Source: Solirubrobacterales bacterium
GTDB taxonomy: Bacteria > Actinomycetota > Thermoleophilia > Solirubrobacterales > 70-9
Assembly: GCA_050697015.1 (NCBI GenBank)
Contig: JBOGYZ010000326.1
Span: 1-44,045 of the forward strand
DNA length: 44,045 bases
Direction: 5' to 3'
Shown here: piece by piece, positions 33,931 to 44,045 of the stretch
How the letters are laid out: every line of letters begins with the position of its first letter
Position numbering within the stretch: position 1 is the stretch's first letter
Position numbers and translations under genes: made by a program
Notes under the pieces: model-generated
The model's input: the letters and a program-made list of their open reading frames with translations, nothing else
The model's database searches: none
Told to the model about the DNA's origin: nothing

Positions 33931-35108
33931 TTCAGGACGGCCACCATGCTTCCGGGCACATATCCGAGGCGTTAACGGACGGCTACGCAGATGGAGCGAT
34001 CTGGAGTCCGGCTGACGAGACGCCCGACCTCCTTCGCGAGAGGGTGGGCAACGCTGCAGCCGGTGGCGTCACTCAAGCGATCGATCCGCAGCTGTATATG
34101 GCTCTGCTCGAAGACGCCAATCCAAAGAAGCATTTAAGCCATGGCCTTTTCGACATTCCTCTCCGGCAGTTCGGGTCGAAACGACTCGCGGCCATGGTCG
34201 AGCGGGTGATCGAATTTCAAGCGGCCCTACCGGTCACCCATCTACTGTCTCCCACCGTCGCAGTTTCGGCTGTGAATCATCGCTCGGCACAGATCGCCGT
34301 GAACCTTGCGGAGACCTCGCTCGAAGTCGCTGCTGACCTAGCAGACGGCAGACCACTGTTGGTGAGCGCTGCACTGGATCGGGACATTCTGGCCGACTCC
34401 GAAGCGGTGAATGCGATGCTCGACGAGCTAACTAGCTACCGCGCGGACGGCTTCTACCTCCTATTTGAGATCGACCCCGGTATGGACGGCGTGCGGCAAG
34501 CTGCGCTCCTCGGGGAAGCCCTGTATGTGGTTCACATACTTTCGTCTGTGCAGGGTCTTCCTGTGTGGGTTGGTTACGCCGGGGTCCAAGGGTACTTACA
34601 CCGCGCCGTCGGAGCGGAAGCCTTTGGCGCCGGTTGGTTCCAGAAGCAGCAGTGGTGGAGCACGTCGCACTGGAGCGGTTCTAAAGGAGGGGGCGGCAGA
34701 CCGCCGAGAAATCGCCTCTACCTTGACACTCTTCTTGGAAGCCTCCTGATCGAGCCAGAGTTCGCGAGTATCTACTCGCAGAGACGGGATGTGAGCTTGG
34801 CTTCCGACCTCTTGACGGGAGCCGGTGTCCTAGCTGCGAGCTTCCGCTCTTCGGCTCCAGCGGATCCAGGGCGTAGCCCATGCGCCGCACAACTCCTGCA
34901 AATTTGCCGAGACCTCGACCGACGTATCACGGGAGACCTACGCGCCGACTTGGATCGGATTGATGCTGACCTTGCGGGAGCTGAGCAGTTATACCGACGA
35001 ATAGAGGACGTAGGAGTACAACTCCACGGACGAAGCTCCGCCGCACAACTCAGCGTATGGCGGGCCGCAGTTGATGCCTTTTGCATACGAGCTGGCGTGA
35101 ACCGCTAG
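33921..35108 (+). CDS. Hypothetical 395-aa protein, predicted alternating beta/alpha (barrel-like) fold plus helical C-terminus
   Basis: The ATG is preceded by AAGGAGG and overlaps the kinase stop by 10 nt. I recognise no family motif. Eight short hydrophobic strands alternate with amphipathic helices (see findings). Confidence 0.7.
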   Translation: MLLVQDGHHASGHISEALTDGYADGAIWSPADETPDLLRERVGNAAAGGVTQAIDPQLYMALLEDANPKKHLSHGLFDIPLRQFGSKRLAAMVERVIEFQAALPVTHLLSPTVAVSAVNHRSAQIAVNLAETSLEVAADLADGRPLLVSAALDRDILADSEAVNAMLDELTSYRADGFYLLFEIDPGMDGVRQAALLGEALYVVHILSSVQGLPVWVGYAGVQGYLHRAVGAEAFGAGWFQKQQWWSTSHWSGSKGGGGRPPRNRLYLDTLLGSLLIEPEFASIYSQRRDVSLASDLLTGAGVLAASFRSSAPADPGRSPCAAQLLQICRDLDRRITGDLRADLDRIDADLAGAEQLYRRIEDVGVQLHGRSSAAQLSVWRAAVDAFCIRAGVNR

Positions 35109-35117
35109 CCACCAGAA

Positions 35118-36044
35118 TTAGGTGGACACGAGTGTGGATTGCGTGCGACCGTGGGCGATGGGGCGAAGCTCACTCGACATTCTAGCTTTCGATCTCTCTG
35201 CGGACCACCGAACGAATAGGTGCTCTTCCAGTATGAGCCTCTGAAGTGTACGGCCGACCCGGAAGCGGGGCTGTCTCACGATGCGGAGTCCATCAGACCC
35301 AACGACCGCAATTCCGACGCCGCGCAGGGACGGATTCTGGCGAGGCACACGAGGCAGGTAGTTCTCGGGAAACACCAACCAGCCACCGTTGAGAAATGGT
35401 GCAGACATCTGTACTTGCCTGGCCGCTGATTTCCACCGCCCCGTCTTGGCCTCCACGCCCACGCCGCGTGCTCCCGCCGGGAGGAACGCTGTGCTGAGCA
35501 CGAAGTCCGCTTCATCTCGGAACCCGATACCTCGCTCCACGAGCTCCGCGACCGCCCTCCTTACCCGACGTCTGTCGCCTATCCCTACCTGCGGTGAGCA
35601 CAGCCTGTCTAACGACGCCCCGCCTCCAAGCCGCCGCACGGCGGCGGCAACGGCCAACGGCAGCGGAGCGGTACACGGCGCTATTCCGCTGTCGAGACGA
35701 CGCTGGAGTACGTCGGAATTGAACGACCCCACCCAAAGGTCCAACCGAGAGTCGAATAGCTCAAACTCCGGGATCACCACGACTGAATCACACTTAGGCG
35801 GGGCTAGAAGCGCGGGGGATAAGGCCGCCGCCTCGTGCAGAGGCGCCTCTTTCGTCGGAACTCCGCGTTGCCCGATTGCGTAAGTTCGAGGCTCGAGATA
35901 GGTAGCCGAAAACCCCATGGCCCTACCGTAGCGCCTGCGCCCACCGGCCAGCACAGCGGACCGAATTATCGCGAGGGCTCCTTGGTCAACGAGCGATTCA
36001 CTGCCCTGGGGGGAGCCGGGTAGGTCCCGACTGAGCCTCCACAA
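35118..36044 (-). CDS. Hypothetical protein with wHTH-like segment and PD-(D/E)xK-like C-terminal core
   Basis: 308 aa from TTG 36044, or 266 aa from ATG 35918. ..DEADFVLS..GVGVEAKTGRWKSAARQVQ.. fits a D..ExK..Q nuclease motif. The preceding LAVAAAVRRLGGGASLDRL..RRVRRAVAELVERG looks winged-helix-like. Lower GC than gyrA. Confidence 0.5.
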   Translation of the reverse strand: MWRLSRDLPGSPQGSESLVDQGALAIIRSAVLAGGRRRYGRAMGFSATYLEPRTYAIGQRGVPTKEAPLHEAAALSPALLAPPKCDSVVVIPEFELFDSRLDLWVGSFNSDVLQRRLDSGIAPCTAPLPLAVAAAVRRLGGGASLDRLCSPQVGIGDRRRVRRAVAELVERGIGFRDEADFVLSTAFLPAGARGVGVEAKTGRWKSAARQVQMSAPFLNGGWLVFPENYLPRVPRQNPSLRGVGIAVVGSDGLRIVRQPRFRVGRTLQRLILEEHLFVRWSAERSKARMSSELRPIAHGRTQSTLVST

Positions 36045-36162
36045 CTCGCTTGCGGGTTCCTCGCGCCGTCAGGCGCGATCTTCATTCCTCCGACCGTAAG
36101 GGAGGAGGTGCGCGAAGGCGGGGCCTACCCGGCTCCCCCGCCCTCGCTACGTCCTGTTCGAG

Positions 36163-38727
<2,565 letters not shown>

Positions 38728-38931
38728 TAGTGCACCTCCACTTTCACACTGTTCACATTCAAAGCATCATCAAGTAACGGCGAATCTTCCAATTGTGAGT
38801 CCCACGCACGGGTGCGAAAACCAAGCAGGTCGGTGGACACAGGGAGTGAGGGGAGGTGAGCGCACTTACAGTGCGTGATCCGACCCGAACGACCGAGGAC
38901 GCCGAGATGCGCCGGTTTGCAGCGCCCGCCC

Positions 38932-41800
<2,869 letters not shown>

Positions 41801-41804
<4 letters not shown>

Positions 41805-42910
41805 GCCGCCTCCACCCCGGGGTCGCCCTGACCCTCGACGACGCCCGGGCGCGGCATCCGCACCATCGACTCCCTCGCCGCGAGCGGCAGGGACTCTTCG
41901 TCGGCAGCGGTGATCAGCGTCTGCCCGCCCGTCGCGAGGCGGGCGACGAGTCGTTCCCGCCGGCCCGGGTCGAGCTCGCTCATCACGTCGTCGAGCAACA
42001 GCAGCGGGGTGACGCGCCGGGCCTCCAGCAGCGCCTCGCGCTCGGCGAAGAGCAACGCGAGGAGCGCGGCGCGCTGTTGCCCCTGCGAGCCGTATTTGCG
42101 CAGCGCCCGGCCGTCGAAGCTCAGCTTCAGCTCGTCGAGGTGGGGGCCCCAGGAGCTGCGGCCGAGCTTGAGGTCGGCATCGCGGCGCTCACCCAGGCCG
42201 GCGCGGATCTCCGCCGCGTCGCCCGCGGCCCGTGGCGCGTAGGCGAGCTCGCCGCCCTCGAGCCCCAGCTCGGCCAGCGCCGACGCGAACGCGGGCGCCA
42301 GCTCCGCCACCGCCTCGGCTCTCGCCGCAACCAACGGGGCGGCGGCCTCGGCGAGACCGGCATCCCAGACGTCGAGCCCATCCGGCGATCCGTAGCCGGC
42401 GGCGATCCGCGAGATCATCGCGTTGCGCTGCGCCAGCGCCTGGCCGAAGCGTTTACGCAGCTCGCCGCGCGCGGGCCAGCGGGCGGCGAGGAAGCCGTCG
42501 AGGTGCGCACGACGCTCGGCGGGCGGGCCCTTGACCAGGCTGAGGCGGTCCGGCGCGAAGACCGCCACCGGCGGCCGCGAGCGCGCGATCGTCGCCGGGT
42601 CCGCGGTCGAGCCGTCGAGCAGGTGGCGGCGCCCCTCGGTACGGCTCACCGACGCCAGGAGCCGCCGCTCGATCCCGTCGTCGTCGCGCACCGTCGCCTC
42701 GGCGCGCGCCAGGCTCTCGCCGAACGGGATCAGCTCCCGCCGGTCGGACGTGCGGAACGAGCGCCCGGTCAAGGCGAAGTAGAGCGCCTCGACCAGGTTC
42801 GTCTTACCGACCCCGTTGGGGCCGACGACGCTGGTGATCCTCGGCCCGAGCAGCACGCGGACGCGCTCGAGGCTGCGCAGCGGGCTGGTTTCGATCGCGG
42901 TGACGAGCAC
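41801..42910 (-). CDS. recF: DNA replication and repair protein RecF
   Basis: 369 aa with Walker A (GPNGVGKTNLVEA), an SMC-like signature (GSQGQQRAALLAL) and Walker B (LLLDDVMSELD). Confidence 0.95.
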
Positions 42911-42924
42911 CGGCCCCGGCGCTC

Positions 42925-44031
42925 CTAGACGTTGAGACGGATCGGCATCACGAGGTAGCGGAAGTCTTCGTTCTCGACCGGCTGCATCAGGCCCGGCCGC
43001 AGCGGCGAGATCAGGCGCAGCAGCACCTCGTCGCCTGCCACGCTTTCGATCCCCTCGCGCAGGTACTCGGGATTGAAGCCGATCTCCATCGGCTCGCCCT
43101 CGAAGACGGCGGGCATCGTCTCGCGCGCGTCGCCGACGTCGGGCGTCTCGGCGGAGACGGTCAGCTCCCCCGGCTCGAGGGAGAACCGCAGCGGCGCGTT
43201 GCGCTGGGCGAGCTGGCTGATCCGCCGCGCCACGTCGAGGAACTCCGACCGCGGCAGCCGCACGTCGTGCTCGTAGGACTCCGGGAGGAGCTGGCGGAAG
43301 TTCGGGAACTGACCCTCGATCAGCCGCGTGGTCAGCGTGATCGAGCCGGCCTCGAAGATCGCCTGGTTCGCCTGCAGCGTGATCGACGCCTCATCCACCC
43401 CCTCCCCGGAGAGAACCCGCGCCAGCTCGCGCAACGCCCGCGCCGGGATGTTCGCCTCGATCTCCCCGCTCAGCGCCGTCTCGAGCTCGGTCCGCTTCAC
43501 CGCCAGCCGGTAGGAGTCGGTGGCGACCATCGTCATCTCGGTCCCCGAGGCGGTGACGAAGACGCCGGTCAGCACCGGGCGCATGTCGTCGCGTGAGGCC
43601 GCGCGGGCAACGAGGTCGATGCTCTCCGACAGCGCCGACGCCGGCATCTTGATCGGCTCCGCGTCGCTCGACGGCAGCTTCGGGAAGTCCTCGGCCGGCA
43701 GCACCCGCAGGTGGAAGCTCGAGCTGCCGCTGCGGATCTCCACGTCGCGCTCCGCCTCACGCGTCTCGATCTCCACCGTGTCGTCGGCGAGCGAGCGAGC
43801 GACTTCGGCGAGCAGGCGCCCTGGCAGCAGGACCGAGCCGCCGCCCTCCACGGTCGCCTGCACCGCGGTGCGCAGGCCGAGGTCGAGGTCGGTGGCAGAC
43901 AGCGTCGCCTGCCCCTCGCCGGCCTCGATCAGGACACCCGACAGAGCCTGGGTCGCGGCGCGGGTGGAGACCGCACGCGAGACGGTAGAGAGCTTGGAGA
44001 CGAGTTGTTCGCGTTTGGTCGTGAGCTTCAA
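42925..44031 (-). CDS. dnaN: DNA polymerase III beta sliding clamp
   Basis: 368 aa with the typical three-domain clamp sequence (MKLTTKREQL.., ..LPGRLLAEVARSL.., ..MPIRLNV) in the conserved dnaN-recF order. Confidence 0.95.
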   Translation of the reverse strand: MKLTTKREQLVSKLSTVSRAVSTRAATQALSGVLIEAGEGQATLSATDLDLGLRTAVQATVEGGGSVLLPGRLLAEVARSLADDTVEIETREAERDVEIRSGSSSFHLRVLPAEDFPKLPSSDAEPIKMPASALSESIDLVARAASRDDMRPVLTGVFVTASGTEMTMVATDSYRLAVKRTELETALSGEIEANIPARALRELARVLSGEGVDEASITLQANQAIFEAGSITLTTRLIEGQFPNFRQLLPESYEHDVRLPRSEFLDVARRISQLAQRNAPLRFSLEPGELTVSAETPDVGDARETMPAVFEGEPMEIGFNPEYLREGIESVAGDEVLLRLISPLRPGLMQPVENEDFRYLVMPIRLNV

Positions 44032-44045
44032 AGGTTGCCTCAGAT

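Noticed and set aside
33921-33950. N-terminal LLVQDGHH of the 395-aa protein resembles the DGxHR motif of ParB/DndB-like (DGQHR) domains
   Set aside because: The motif sits at residues 5-9, so there is no room for the preceding strands of a ParB-like fold. The Arg is absent, and the SD-supported start excludes an upstream extension.
32941-36150. Possible inverted similarity at the island boundaries (left CGTAGCGG..CGGGGGTTGCCGGGGAAGGGG; right, reverse-complemented, CGTAGCGAGGGCGGGGGAGCCGGGTAGGCCCC)
   Set aside because: The match is only patchy, in G/C-rich sequence with gaps. I cannot distinguish it from chance by eye, so it is not reported as att or TIR sites.
38828-38842. DnaA-box-like sequences (TGTGTCCAC on the minus strand in the gyrB-gyrA spacer; TTATCCGCC near 7957)
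   Set aside because: These are single, imperfect 9-mers far from dnaA-dnaN. oriC is expected beyond the right edge of the window (upstream of dnaN) and is not covered.

Overview
This is a high-GC (~70% by eye) actinobacterial-type chromosomal window next to the replication origin. dnaN-recF-DUF721(dciA-like)-gyrB-gyrA lie on the minus strand at the right end. The conserved fhaA-fhaB-pstP-rodA-pbpA-pknB cell-wall signalling cluster is present, here extended by a translationally coupled ddl. The rest of the backbone is housekeeping genes (metF, purM, pheA, tatA, uppP, DedA) and a large envelope-glycan locus: GT4/GT2/sugar-phosphate transferase/GNAT/FemAB-like, plus Wzx-, Wzy-, CapD- and LytR_C-like genes. 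Three visibly lower-GC insertions interrupt this backbone. (i) A 1.24-kb two-gene cassette (GHKL ATPase + STAS-like/DUF4325-like protein) is bounded by 41-bp direct repeats that duplicate the 3' end of the sugar-transferase gene. (ii) A ~1-kb islet carries a basic HicA-fold-like / acidic small-protein pair. (iii) A ~3.2-kb island between an HNH gene and gyrA carries a stand-alone Hanks kinase translationally coupled to a 395-aa orphan protein, plus a convergent PD-(D/E)xK-like protein. Island (iii) is my best candidate for an undescribed conflict/defence-type system. I recognised no rRNA, tRNA, CRISPR array, transposase or integrase. All calls come from reading the ORF translations and DNA by eye. 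No searches or computations were run, and GC values are hand counts of a few 60-nt lines.
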